Program-made: the position numbers and the translations under genes
Notes under the pieces: model-generated
The model's input: the letters and a program-made list of their open reading frames with translations, nothing else
Told to the model about the DNA's origin: nothing
Databases searched by the model: none
Shown: one piece after another, positions 36,101 through 45,034 of the stretch
Position numbering within the stretch: the first letter of the stretch is position 1
How the letters are laid out: every line of letters begins with the position of its first letter
From: a virus
Strand: one strand, 5' to 3'
DNA length: 64,000 nt
IMG/VR virus record: IMGVR_UViG_3300046002_007491
Location: 1-64,000 of that record

Positions 36101-39100
36101 ATTGCCAAATCATAAGCAATACTAAATGGAGTGGCCGCGCTTAAATTCGCTCGGTTTGAAATTTTATAAGACAAAAGTTTATCGGCGAATGCTTTCGCTT
36201 TCTGCTTGTCGTTTATTTTAGCATAGGTATTTATTCTTTTTCTACGAGCAACTGCTTCAAGAATATTATTGAACGCTTCGTTTTCTTCTTCAATGCGTTT
36301 TTTAGCTTCTAATTCGGCTAATTTTTCTTCACTTTCTTTGAGTTTTTGCTCTACGTTTTTGAGTTTTTCTAAAACTTCTTTGCTGATTACGCCGTTATTT
36401 TGAGCTTTGTAATCATTGACCATTTTGGTAAGATTGTATCGACCGCCAGAAGAATTGTAAATTTCGGCAAGCGCGGCAATAAATCGACCATTACTTCTTG
36501 AACGATTGTCCAATTCATCAGAAATTTGCCCAAGCAATTCTTGATAATCGGCAATGGCATCTAATTTGTCTTCGCCTTTCAAAAAATTTATTTCTTGTTC
36601 TAATATTTCAATGGTGCGCGCATAAATGAAAGCGCCTTGAGCGCCGTCAATCAATCCCTTTCTAACGGCAATTAACGCATTGTCAACACCAACTTCATCT
36701 ACAAACATTTCAGCCTTTAATTTGGCTTCTTTTTGATTTTCGATTTCGTAATCGAGAGAATATTTGGCAATTGCTTTTTTGATTATAGCGCTATTTCCTG
36801 AAGCACCTCTACCTGCAAAAGATTTTTTACCTTGTTTTCGTTCAAAATCTCTAGGTACATCAACTCCTAATTTTGCTTTTACAAGGTTTTCATCGACATC
36901 GACATTGAAGCGTTCTTTTATAGAAGCTGCTACTTGGCGAATTGCATCGTTTACATCAATACCTTTGCTAATCAATGCTTTTACAGCAGAAGCCACCAAA
37001 TCAATTAAATCATCTTGGGAAATTCCTTGAAGCTTTACATTAGGGTCTTTTATTCCTGGAAGAAGGTCTTTTACTTTTTGAGCAATTCTGTCAACTTCGG
37101 CATTGGCTTTGTTTTTCAGTTGTTGTTTAGCATCAATCTCTTGAGAATTAACCAACCCTATTTTCTTTTCTTGACGCTCAACTCTTCTTCTTAAATCAAC
37201 AATATCTCTTGGAAATTTACCTCCATTTTCTTTCACTCTTTTATTTACCCAATCTTCTTTTACAAATATGATTGTAAATTTGTCAGGTGAGTTTATTGGA
37301 TCAAAACCTCTTGTTTTTTCATTATATTTATTGGACTGTCTTACCCATACATCATCAATTGCAAATACTTTATGCTCTCCATTGCTATATGCTTCTTGTA
37401 CCGGGCCAAAATTTGTAGGCTCTTTTATTTCTTTTATTTCTGGAATTATTTTTTGGTATTTATCTTTTAAATCCTCATATTCTTTTAATTGAGCTTCTAA
37501 AATTGCTAATTTCATTTTGTTTTTAGCAAGGGTTTTAACGGCAGAAACCAATGATGGTAAATCTTTCATTTGAGATTTTTCTGCATAACCCAATTCAAAA
37601 GGAACAGATTCAGAAGAAACTGTAATTGTTTCTCCGTTAGTTTTTTCAATAGTAAATTGATGTACAATATCTCTCCCTGTTGCCGCGCTTGATTCGGCTT
37701 GATCCCAATCAGAAGTTCTTTTTGGCTTCAACTCGCCCTCTCGATTTGGTTGTTCCGTCCATTCGTAAGTCCATTGATAAGAAACTAACTTATTTCCGTT
37801 TGGACCTATTACTGGTTTTTCGAAATCAACTCTTTGAGCTGGTCTAAAGCGGCTACTTGCAGAAATCATCCTGCCTACATTAGTAGGATTTTCAACTTCT
37901 TTGGGTCTAACTTTATTTTTATCTTCAAAATCCATTTCGCTTGTAGAAACTATCTCTCCACTTTCAATTTTGGCTTTTTCTTCTGTAAGTGATTTTATTT
38001 CTTTTTGAGCGTCAGAAATAGCGTTGCGTTCTTTTTCAGTCGCTTTGTTTCGCGCATCGGCATCTACTCTTTCATCAAAAAGTTTGTTTTCAGATTGGCT
38101 TTTTCTTGCTCCAAATAAATCCTCGTTGTCTTTTAACAATTCCTTGTCAAGAGATTTGGCTTTTCTGTCAAGGGCATCTTTGGCAATTCGTAAATTTTCG
38201 TTCGCTTTTTCAAGTTTAGCATTTACTTCTTTTAATTCGGGAGATTCTTTGCTTACAAGTGTTTTTGGTTTTTCAACCGTTTTTACTCCTGGATTAACTT
38301 GTTTGACATTTCTAACCGAATTCGGCGATAACAACTCACCATTTTCAGACAAAATCCATCCGTCAGATTGAATAGTACCCTGCTCGGATATTGGTCCTAA
38401 ATCATAAGTTACTTGTCGGCTTTCGATGTCTTTTACATAGTCGTCAAAACTTTTTTCATTTGAATTAGCAAGTTCAATAATTTCAGCATCAGATAAATAA
38501 TCTAATGCAGATTCTACTTCTTGGATATGCTCTTGTGGAAAATCTTCTTCTTTTTGGTATTCTTGGATTGCCTCTGCGTAATCTTTCTCGTAATCAGATA
38601 AATCTTGTTTTTCTACGTCGTATTTCCCAAGAACAGAAGCAACAGCATCTTGAACGGTTAAATTCCCATTTACCACTTCTTCAATAGCATTTTTTATATC
38701 TTCTGTACTAAGTTTTAATTGGGAATTTTCTTGCGACTCATAAATGTCGTGAGCGATTTTATCAATAGTTTTCCCTTTTGCAGATGCAATTCCGTTAAGT
38801 CCATTACTTCTGGCTTGGCGCTCTCCTTGTGAATTAAAATAATCTTTTGCTATTTTACCTCCTTTTACAAAATAACTTAAAGCCAAAGAAGTTGCGTCTG
38901 TCGGATCAATTTCTGAAGCGGTTTTCCTATCGCCTTTAAATTGTCTTTTAGATAATGCTTTTCTTCCTTGTAGAGAAACTTTTCCTTCTTTGGTGACCTT
39001 TACTTGCTTTTTGCCTTTTTCGACAATAGGGATTGCCCGATTTTCCTCATTGCTATTTTCAACTGCTCCTTGGTCGGCTTCGGCTGTTGCGCTTTCTTTT

Positions 39101-42100
39101 CCATCGTTTAAATATGTTTGATTAATAAAATTTTGAATGTCATCTATGGTTACTTCAACATTACTTTCACCTTTTCCAACGTCAACGGCACTTGGTACAC
39201 TTTCTTTTGCAGTACTTTGTTGCTCGGTAATTCCGTTTTCTCCCATTGGCTCAACTCTAGATTGAACGTTTCCATTAGCAGGAGAATTTGATTTCTGTGA
39301 CTTTTCATTTGTAATAAAATTTTGTCCGCTTAAATATCCAGCATTAAGTTCTTTAGGAATTGCTAATTCTCCCTTATCGTTAATATGATTATTTTCAACT
39401 AGCCAATTTTCAAATTTTTCAGCAAGAGATTTACCACTCATTTTATCAAGTTCCGATTTAGGCACAGATATAATTGCGACGCTATTATTGTTCAAATCTC
39501 TATGAACAACTTCTCCGTTCATTAATCTTTCCGCTTGATTAGTTGCGCTTTCTTGTCCAGAAGCGGTTAGCGTGCTTGATATTCCAGTACCCAAAGAAAC
39601 TGACATTCCATTTTCGGTAATGTTCCTAGCATTATCTTCTGTCGTAACGTGGGTAAATAAATAATTATCATTTGCCAAATTAGAAATATGCTCTTTGACC
39701 TTATCTTTTCCTTCAACATTTGGAGCAACTTTATTTTCACTTAGTACAGAAGTAGGTTCTGTATTAACGGGAATAGGTTCTGTACTTGCTTTTGGATTTA
39801 TTTCTTTTAAAAAAGTATCAGCTTCATCTTTTGTCAGTCCTGTTTTTAAAGCAAAACTTGTATTTTCTTGTTCATCTATTACGTTAAAAGTTCCGTCAGG
39901 AGTTTCTACTAATTTTATCCTATCAAATTGCTCTTGTGTTGCTTTTGGTTGTTTTACTTCCTGCTTTTTGGTCGGTTCTTGTACTTCAACTTCAACTTCG
40001 GTTTCGGTAATTGGAATTTCAACTTTTGCATCTTTTTCTTCTATTTTAGGCATTGTTTTTTCGCCAGATAATATATCAACTCTATCTTTTTCAAGTTCAT
40101 TAAATTTAGTGCTAAAATCAGACAAAAGCTGTTTTTTGACATCATTAGACAATCCGTCTTGAGTTTTTATCTCAACTGCTTTTTCTTTTAATTTCGCTTG
40201 TTCGTTTTCTATTCTAAGGATTTCTTGGAAATTTTCGTTTGACATTTTTGAAATGTCTTTTACTTGTTTTTTAAGTAAATTTTCAGTTGTTTTCTTAGAT
40301 TCTTCAAAATTAGTTTGAATGATTTTTTTAGCGTCTTCAGATAAACTAGGATTTGCTAATTCTTTTTCTAAAGCAAGTGTTCTTTTGGCTGAATTTTGAA
40401 TTTTGTTGTCTATAGAGAATGGTTTTGCAGCAATAGCTATATTTCCTGCAAAAAATGGAATTAATGCGCCCATTGCCCCACCCGCACCTCCGGCATCTTT
40501 CATTCCTTCAGTAAATGGTTTTCCGTCAATAAGGTTTTCAACTCCTTGAGTAGCCATTTCATCTGTAGCTTCGTAAACGCCACCTTTTACCGTTTGCCCT
40601 CCTACATCTAAGAGTTTTCTTGCTACCGTTTGGCTAATTAATCTTCTTTCGGGTTGAGTAGCACTTGCTAAAACTCTAGCAGCGCCTTTCATAATATGAG
40701 CATCAACTAAAGCAGAAGCGGTTTCGGCAATTCCAAATCCAACAGGTTTCCAAGCTAATTCAGCATTAGAATAATTTTTTAGTATTTGACCTTCAACAGG
40801 GTGATCGGGATTCATTTCTTGAACCATGTCGCCATACTTTGTCCCTAACGAACTGCCTCCCAACGCAACTATTCCGCCAGTACCCGTAGCGATTAATCCA
40901 TAAATAGGAATTTGATTAGCGATTACAGTATTAGCCATCCAATCACCAAAATCTCCAACGTCTTCAATATTGTCAATATTTATCGGCTTAGCAATTCTAT
41001 CTCTTATGCTTTTAGAAGCACCTTTAAGACCTGTAACAATTTCGCTACTTTCTTTTGGACCAGTATCAACTCCTAAAGCGCCATAAGCGGCATTAAATCC
41101 GTAATCAACTATTCCAAATCCACCGGCCGTCAAATCTAAGGCTGTTGCGCCTATATTAGAAACAAAATTATTTACCTTTCCATATTGTCTTTTAAACAAA
41201 TCTAAATTGGTCTTTAAATCACCTATTTTATCTCTATTTTCTGCAAATTGATTATCGGTTTTTTGAACGTCTTTGATAATATCGTTGTGATATTTTATAG
41301 CGTAATTGTATTCATCGACAAATTCTGGGGTTGGTTGCTGATTGTTCTTTTTGAAATTTGCTAATTGCTGATTTAATTGATTAAGCCTATTATCGCTATC
41401 CTTTAAAGCAGGCTCAAGCATAGCTTTTTGCTTTAAAAGTTCTTTGTCTTTATTAGAAATTTTGGAAAATTCTATATTAGCGCCTTTTTGTAAGTCTTCA
41501 AAATCAATGTCTGTATCAGACAAAAAATCTTTTTTACGAGATTCTACATCTGAATCATTTAGCTTTTGAACTTTAATTTTTTTAGCTAATTCTAAAACGG
41601 AATTGTAATTGATGTCTTTAGGATTGACACCCTGTTTAATCATTAAATCTTTAGCCTCTTTTTTTTCTTCGCCTAAAGGTTCTGTATTTGCTTTAAGTTG
41701 TTTTAATCCCGCAAAAATAGGCGCATTAGACATACCTTCTATTGCCGTATTGTAGACTTCTTTACCAAAAGATGCAACGTTATTTAAAAACCCAACACCA
41801 TTGGCTTCGTCTTCCGCTTTTTGAATATTTTCCTTTTTTCTTTCGTCAGTAAGCGCACTAAATTGCTTAAACTTTTCATATTTAAGCGCGTTGTTTTGTT
41901 CGGCTTGAATAGTAGATTTTGATTTTGGCGGATTTGCCAATTGTTCAACCGTTTTTAAATCAGGTTTAAGTCCAGGAACTCCTAAATTTTGGTCAATAGC
42001 AGGAAAACCATTAGAGCCTACTATATCCAAAGAACCAGTATTCGTTTCCGAATCCAAATTTTGATTTTGAGCAGTAACGTCGGAGTTGTCTTTTTTTTTT

Positions 42101-42228
42101 AATGCTTCATCTGAAAACAAAGAAGTGTAGTCAGAAGCCATTTTTTCAACATCTTCATTGCTGCCACCATTGGCAATTAATTCCTTGATATTAGAATCTA
42201 ATTGTTTTGCGTATTTTGGCTGTAACAT
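33157..42228 (-). CDS. Giant (3023 aa) internal virion/ejected polyvalent protein
   Basis: Last gene of the morphogenesis operon; long coiled coils, Gly/Ala-rich membrane-like segments, ART-like insert. Confidence 0.8.
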   Translation of the reverse strand: MLQPKYAKQLDSNIKELIANGGSNEDVEKMASDYTSLFSDEALKKKDNSDVTAQNQNLDSETNTGSLDIVGSNGFPAIDQNLGVPGLKPDLKTVEQLANPPKSKSTIQAEQNNALKYEKFKQFSALTDERKKENIQKAEDEANGVGFLNNVASFGKEVYNTAIEGMSNAPIFAGLKQLKANTEPLGEEKKEAKDLMIKQGVNPKDINYNSVLELAKKIKVQKLNDSDVESRKKDFLSDTDIDFEDLQKGANIEFSKISNKDKELLKQKAMLEPALKDSDNRLNQLNQQLANFKKNNQQPTPEFVDEYNYAIKYHNDIIKDVQKTDNQFAENRDKIGDLKTNLDLFKRQYGKVNNFVSNIGATALDLTAGGFGIVDYGFNAAYGALGVDTGPKESSEIVTGLKGASKSIRDRIAKPINIDNIEDVGDFGDWMANTVIANQIPIYGLIATGTGGIVALGGSSLGTKYGDMVQEMNPDHPVEGQILKNYSNAELAWKPVGFGIAETASALVDAHIMKGAARVLASATQPERRLISQTVARKLLDVGGQTVKGGVYEATDEMATQGVENLIDGKPFTEGMKDAGGAGGAMGALIPFFAGNIAIAAKPFSIDNKIQNSAKRTLALEKELANPSLSEDAKKIIQTNFEESKKTTENLLKKQVKDISKMSNENFQEILRIENEQAKLKEKAVEIKTQDGLSNDVKKQLLSDFSTKFNELEKDRVDILSGEKTMPKIEEKDAKVEIPITETEVEVEVQEPTKKQEVKQPKATQEQFDRIKLVETPDGTFNVIDEQENTSFALKTGLTKDEADTFLKEINPKASTEPIPVNTEPTSVLSENKVAPNVEGKDKVKEHISNLANDNYLFTHVTTEDNARNITENGMSVSLGTGISSTLTASGQESATNQAERLMNGEVVHRDLNNNSVAIISVPKSELDKMSGKSLAEKFENWLVENNHINDKGELAIPKELNAGYLSGQNFITNEKSQKSNSPANGNVQSRVEPMGENGITEQQSTAKESVPSAVDVGKGESNVEVTIDDIQNFINQTYLNDGKESATAEADQGAVENSNEENRAIPIVEKGKKQVKVTKEGKVSLQGRKALSKRQFKGDRKTASEIDPTDATSLALSYFVKGGKIAKDYFNSQGERQARSNGLNGIASAKGKTIDKIAHDIYESQENSQLKLSTEDIKNAIEEVVNGNLTVQDAVASVLGKYDVEKQDLSDYEKDYAEAIQEYQKEEDFPQEHIQEVESALDYLSDAEIIELANSNEKSFDDYVKDIESRQVTYDLGPISEQGTIQSDGWILSENGELLSPNSVRNVKQVNPGVKTVEKPKTLVSKESPELKEVNAKLEKANENLRIAKDALDRKAKSLDKELLKDNEDLFGARKSQSENKLFDERVDADARNKATEKERNAISDAQKEIKSLTEEKAKIESGEIVSTSEMDFEDKNKVRPKEVENPTNVGRMISASSRFRPAQRVDFEKPVIGPNGNKLVSYQWTYEWTEQPNREGELKPKRTSDWDQAESSAATGRDIVHQFTIEKTNGETITVSSESVPFELGYAEKSQMKDLPSLVSAVKTLAKNKMKLAILEAQLKEYEDLKDKYQKIIPEIKEIKEPTNFGPVQEAYSNGEHKVFAIDDVWVRQSNKYNEKTRGFDPINSPDKFTIIFVKEDWVNKRVKENGGKFPRDIVDLRRRVERQEKKIGLVNSQEIDAKQQLKNKANAEVDRIAQKVKDLLPGIKDPNVKLQGISQDDLIDLVASAVKALISKGIDVNDAIRQVAASIKERFNVDVDENLVKAKLGVDVPRDFERKQGKKSFAGRGASGNSAIIKKAIAKYSLDYEIENQKEAKLKAEMFVDEVGVDNALIAVRKGLIDGAQGAFIYARTIEILEQEINFLKGEDKLDAIADYQELLGQISDELDNRSRSNGRFIAALAEIYNSSGGRYNLTKMVNDYKAQNNGVISKEVLEKLKNVEQKLKESEEKLAELEAKKRIEEENEAFNNILEAVARRKRINTYAKINDKQKAKAFADKLLSYKISNRANLSAATPFSIAYDLAIDAAAKAIIATGYISDAIKAGVNSIRNSKLSKDEQEQALSDLFDLFDDSDVNGGKKGMMSVDEEGVLRIPHSLIREKVENGIDNIDDLVSALMTDVQELFPDLDFTERQVRDIVTGYGKISNPTSDEIEVQISIMKSLGKIASGLEDVNKGQRPLRSGQQRREPTMQERVEMKKLKALLRDLPLAEADITKAYKTALDAIKKRLSNEIEELDNQIANGEKRKGEKTVIEYDQEAKDLKAVRDAKKAELDELVGKPELTEQQKIDRAEKILQKRLDDLQQKIDANEIDYAKKPETVTSAKLEEMRKLKKEYEAQIQKMREDSGLAEERLIEIAKRNASKRLATLKERIAKGDFEKRKRKPTPTDVELNKIKSEIAEQKEIFDKEVYKLELKNRRIEQKAFDVLKDILSIPKILSFTSDLSFVGIQNVTQIYKMGANSLINLAKTGKLKGVFRDAMAKTFKAMANPNFEQKYMQAVKANPNYQLWKDSKLGIVESHYKESAKAEVFQHNAITTLFDILGNYVASKGYEKAGNIIKNYVNIISIFERGQTVFENQMRINRFQEGADLLKAQGLNPIDDIQEYRKVAAAVNTLTGRANTGSKAAAALREANGTIFSSFSNWAAGVNQLNPYWYYTLTPTARKMALTDVAHHIVGAGSLLAIAALYALGQDDDDEDKIVVGTTPTSSDFALIKAGNLRIDPWAGKKTTIVAFSRLVNGGKTDKYGNFKKYGIEYEDEDWIDLPLEYAGNKIAPGPRFALDRFFKTRKVEYQGKSFREDKYGVDFKESKYLIPLIFENFKEVNEEQPNLFGKAAMALSWTGLINTNVYGGAKEGFKDMPDDLVEKQYKVKIQKLKDNEKILDSNVEKLTKDYVEKKINKFQIMQKVDSLVDGDVELYNKSIKSIIEKVNKEELKTLVSDPFYLGLKKEKNPQIQAILFYSKFKDDEGMSEKDKKERDRNLQYIEFDVTPKFIKAYQELKNSKKKPIN

Positions 42229-42233
42229 AATTT

Positions 42234-43724
42234 TTATTTAAAAATTGGTTTACCTGTTTTTGGGTCAATACCTGCGTAAACTTTTTTGGCACTTGATTTT
42301 TCAGTAGGTTTTTTAGCGTTTGGATTCTTCTTTTCTAATATATCAATTGCTTTTGCGTAATCTAATCCTACTGCACCAAGGACAACATTTGCCTCATCTT
42401 CGCTAGGAACTCTTCGAGTAAAGTTTCCGTAATTGTTAGCCACATTGTAAGAGGCTAAAGCGGCTTGAGCTTCTGCATTGTTATTTGCTGCCATTTCTTG
42501 AACAGTTTCAAAATTAACAGTTTGTCCTCCTACAACAAATTTAGCGTTTTTAGTTTTTAGCGCTTTACCTGTGAAAACAAGGTCTCCAGTTGCTTTGTCT
42601 TTTGTAAAACCTAAAACCTGAACCATATTCAAACCAGAATTTTCACCTCCTAAGTTGGCTATTCCAATAGGCTTAGTAAACGAGACTCCGTTTGTATAAA
42701 CTGTTTTTGGATCTACTACAATGTTTACAAAATCATCTTTTCTTGCGTTGTCAAATTTGAAATCTGTAATTTTTACTTGGTCTTTTTCCGCAGCTTTCTT
42801 TGCTAAACCATAATTCAACATTCCAGAATCTAACTTTTGAGTTTGTCCTTCTGGAATACTTGTAAGGAAATCTTTCTCTAGCTTAACACGTAACTTTTCA
42901 GGGTCTTTTTCGTTAAACAAGAACTGAGCTTCGTAAATTTTATTTGGGTCGTTTATAATAACGTCTGCATAAGTTTTAGACTGCTCTACATTTTTAGGAC
43001 TGATTCTTTTACCTTCGATAATTACCGCCCCTTTTTGAGTTCCAAATTCATCAGGTTTCACATTCTTTAAAGTGTCGTCTTTGTACTTTTCGTAGCTGAA
43101 GGCTAATTTTGGTTGAAAAGCATTAGCTAAATCGCCCAACGAAGTTTCTTTTAAAACTCCCGTAGGCTTTCCATTTTCATCAGTATCATATATTTTAACC
43201 GAAGCAACACCTCTATCATTGTAGTCTAATTCGTACTTGCCAGTTTCTAAATTTTTAGCAATTTTTCCTATAAAATCTACATCTCTAGAATTATACTTAC
43301 CCGCTTCAATACCTTCCTGCAAGTCTTTGACTTTTTGCTTTATTAATACAGGGGTTTGATTGGCAATATCGAAAGATTGTGCCAGTTTATTCCTTTCGGA
43401 CATTAGCGCTGCTTTTTTATTGAAATCGGTAGCAGCGTATAATTCCCTATTGATGTCGGCTGCTCTTTGTTTGGCTTTCATAGCCATTCCTATTAATGGA
43501 TCGTCAATGCTAGAATTACCAATTATTTTCGGGTCAAATTTACCGTCCCAATCAGAATAATCTTTTAACTTAGCATCTTCTTCTGCTTTTTTTAATGCTT
43601 TTGCTTTGGCATCTTCTTCTCGATACTTAAACGCCATTTGCTCGGTGTACTTCATAGCATCACCGATAGTGTCATTAACGGGCTTATCTGTGGCAAATGA
43701 GCCGACTTTTCCTATCGCTGGCAT
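42234..43724 (-). CDS. Putative internal virion (ejection) protein
   Basis: 496 aa; lies between the pilot-like gene and the giant protein. Confidence 0.65.
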   Translation of the reverse strand: MPAIGKVGSFATDKPVNDTIGDAMKYTEQMAFKYREEDAKAKALKKAEEDAKLKDYSDWDGKFDPKIIGNSSIDDPLIGMAMKAKQRAADINRELYAATDFNKKAALMSERNKLAQSFDIANQTPVLIKQKVKDLQEGIEAGKYNSRDVDFIGKIAKNLETGKYELDYNDRGVASVKIYDTDENGKPTGVLKETSLGDLANAFQPKLAFSYEKYKDDTLKNVKPDEFGTQKGAVIIEGKRISPKNVEQSKTYADVIINDPNKIYEAQFLFNEKDPEKLRVKLEKDFLTSIPEGQTQKLDSGMLNYGLAKKAAEKDQVKITDFKFDNARKDDFVNIVVDPKTVYTNGVSFTKPIGIANLGGENSGLNMVQVLGFTKDKATGDLVFTGKALKTKNAKFVVGGQTVNFETVQEMAANNNAEAQAALASYNVANNYGNFTRRVPSEDEANVVLGAVGLDYAKAIDILEKKNPNAKKPTEKSSAKKVYAGIDPKTGKPIFK

Positions 43725-43730
43725 ATTTTA

Positions 43731-43913
43731 TTAGTTTTGGTATTTACGGTCTAATTCATTAAACTCTTTAATTTGACTTTCGGTAAAAGAATCAATATCT
43801 ATAACGAATCCAATTGGAGCATCCTTTTCAATTAGTTGCTCTGCTTTTATATTCTCATTACTTTTTTTATTAAAAAAAGCTAATAGCTCCTTGAATCTTT
43901 TTTCTGCTTCCAT
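43731..43913 (-). CDS. Hypothetical protein
   Basis: 60-aa ORF fitting the gap exactly. Confidence 0.6.
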   Translation of the reverse strand: MEAEKRFKELLAFFNKKSNENIKAEQLIEKDAPIGFVIDIDSFTESQIKEFNELDRKYQN

Positions 43914-43921
43914 AATTAATT

Positions 43922-44656
43922 TTATCGGTTATAATACCCTGATTGCGGGATTCTTGGTTGAGAAAATATTCCGCCTCCAAACTGCCCAAATTGAGTTGTA
44001 GGATATGGGGACGCCATCATTCGATTTGGCGACGTAGCAAAGCCAGCAGGTTGCATTGTGCTTGCTACTTGTTGTTGCTCTTGTTGAGTAGTCGGCTGTC
44101 CCATTGCCGATAAAGAATTTCCTAACATTCCTACACCCATTACTGCATTACCTATCCCCGTATTTTCATCTTGCTTACCTGATTGATATTGAGAAGACAA
44201 CGCTGATATGTCTGCATTTTCACGACTCTCTTGCATACCTCGTATGTTTGCATCATCTTGAGCAATCGCGGCATCAATCTCTTTTTGTTGCATATCTAAA
44301 TTTGCTCCAATTTGCTGATTGACATTTTGATTTCCAACCTCAACTCGACCTAACCCACCTACTAATCCACGAGTACCTGCTGCTTGCAAAGCAGAAACTT
44401 GAGTTGCGGCTAATCGAGCTTGCTCTTCACGCTGTATATTTGCTCCTAATGTAGAAACTGTACGTTCTTTTTGAACGTTTTCTAATTCTTGACGTTTGTA
44501 ATTTGCCAACGCGCTTCGAGCATTGTTTTTTTCTTCTGAACCTTTAATTGCTTGGTAAATTCCTAATCCTGCTCCTACTGCTCCTGCTGCTGCTCCCATA
44601 ACTTTATAATTTATAAAAATACTGCCCAAATCCTTTATCGCCTTCAATAAAACCAA
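43922..44656 (-). CDS. Putative DNA ejection/pilot protein (likely start MGAAAGAVG, near 44599)
   Basis: Gly/Ala-rich N-terminus, Gln-rich coiled coil. Confidence 0.7.
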   Translation of the reverse strand: MVLLKAIKDLGSIFINYKVMGAAAGAVGAGLGIYQAIKGSEEKNNARSALANYKRQELENVQKERTVSTLGANIQREEQARLAATQVSALQAAGTRGLVGGLGRVEVGNQNVNQQIGANLDMQQKEIDAAIAQDDANIRGMQESRENADISALSSQYQSGKQDENTGIGNAVMGVGMLGNSLSAMGQPTTQQEQQQVASTMQPAGFATSPNRMMASPYPTTQFGQFGGGIFSQPRIPQSGYYNR

Positions 44657-45002
44657 GTTCTAATAAAATATTTGCTACTTCTTGATTTGAAGTTGGAAAA
44701 TATATCATTTTTTGTTTTTTCTTTTTAGCGTATTCAATAACTTTTGTTAGTAAAAATTGAATTCCTCCAATTCTTTTTTTGTAATTCACTCCTTTGTTTG
44801 AAAGTATGAACGTAACTATTGATAGCTTGCTGTTTGTAAACCAAAACCAAACCATATAAATAGGCAATTCATCTTTGTAACAAACAAATGCGTATTCGGG
44901 CAATAAGTCGATATTCCAAGCGGTAAAATGATGCAAAGCACTCATTCTTTCGTAATCTGAATAAATATCTTCTTTCTTTACTTGTTTTACTTCAAACGCC
45001 AT
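44604..45002 (-). CDS. GNAT-fold virion-module protein (T7 gp13-like position)
   Basis: 132 aa, GGIQFLL...AKKK...LLELGF pattern. Confidence 0.6.
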   Translation of the reverse strand: MAFEVKQVKKEDIYSDYERMSALHHFTAWNIDLLPEYAFVCYKDELPIYMVWFWFTNSKLSIVTFILSNKGVNYKKRIGGIQFLLTKVIEYAKKKKQKMIYFPTSNQEVANILLELGFIEGDKGFGQYFYKL

Positions 45003-45020
45003 ATAATTAATTTGCTTTTA

Positions 45021-45028
45021 CAAATATA
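45021..45028 (-). promoter_or_regulatory. -7 element TATATTTG
   Basis: TAnnTTTG 19 bp before ATG 45002. Confidence 0.6.
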
Positions 45029-45034
45029 GTAATT

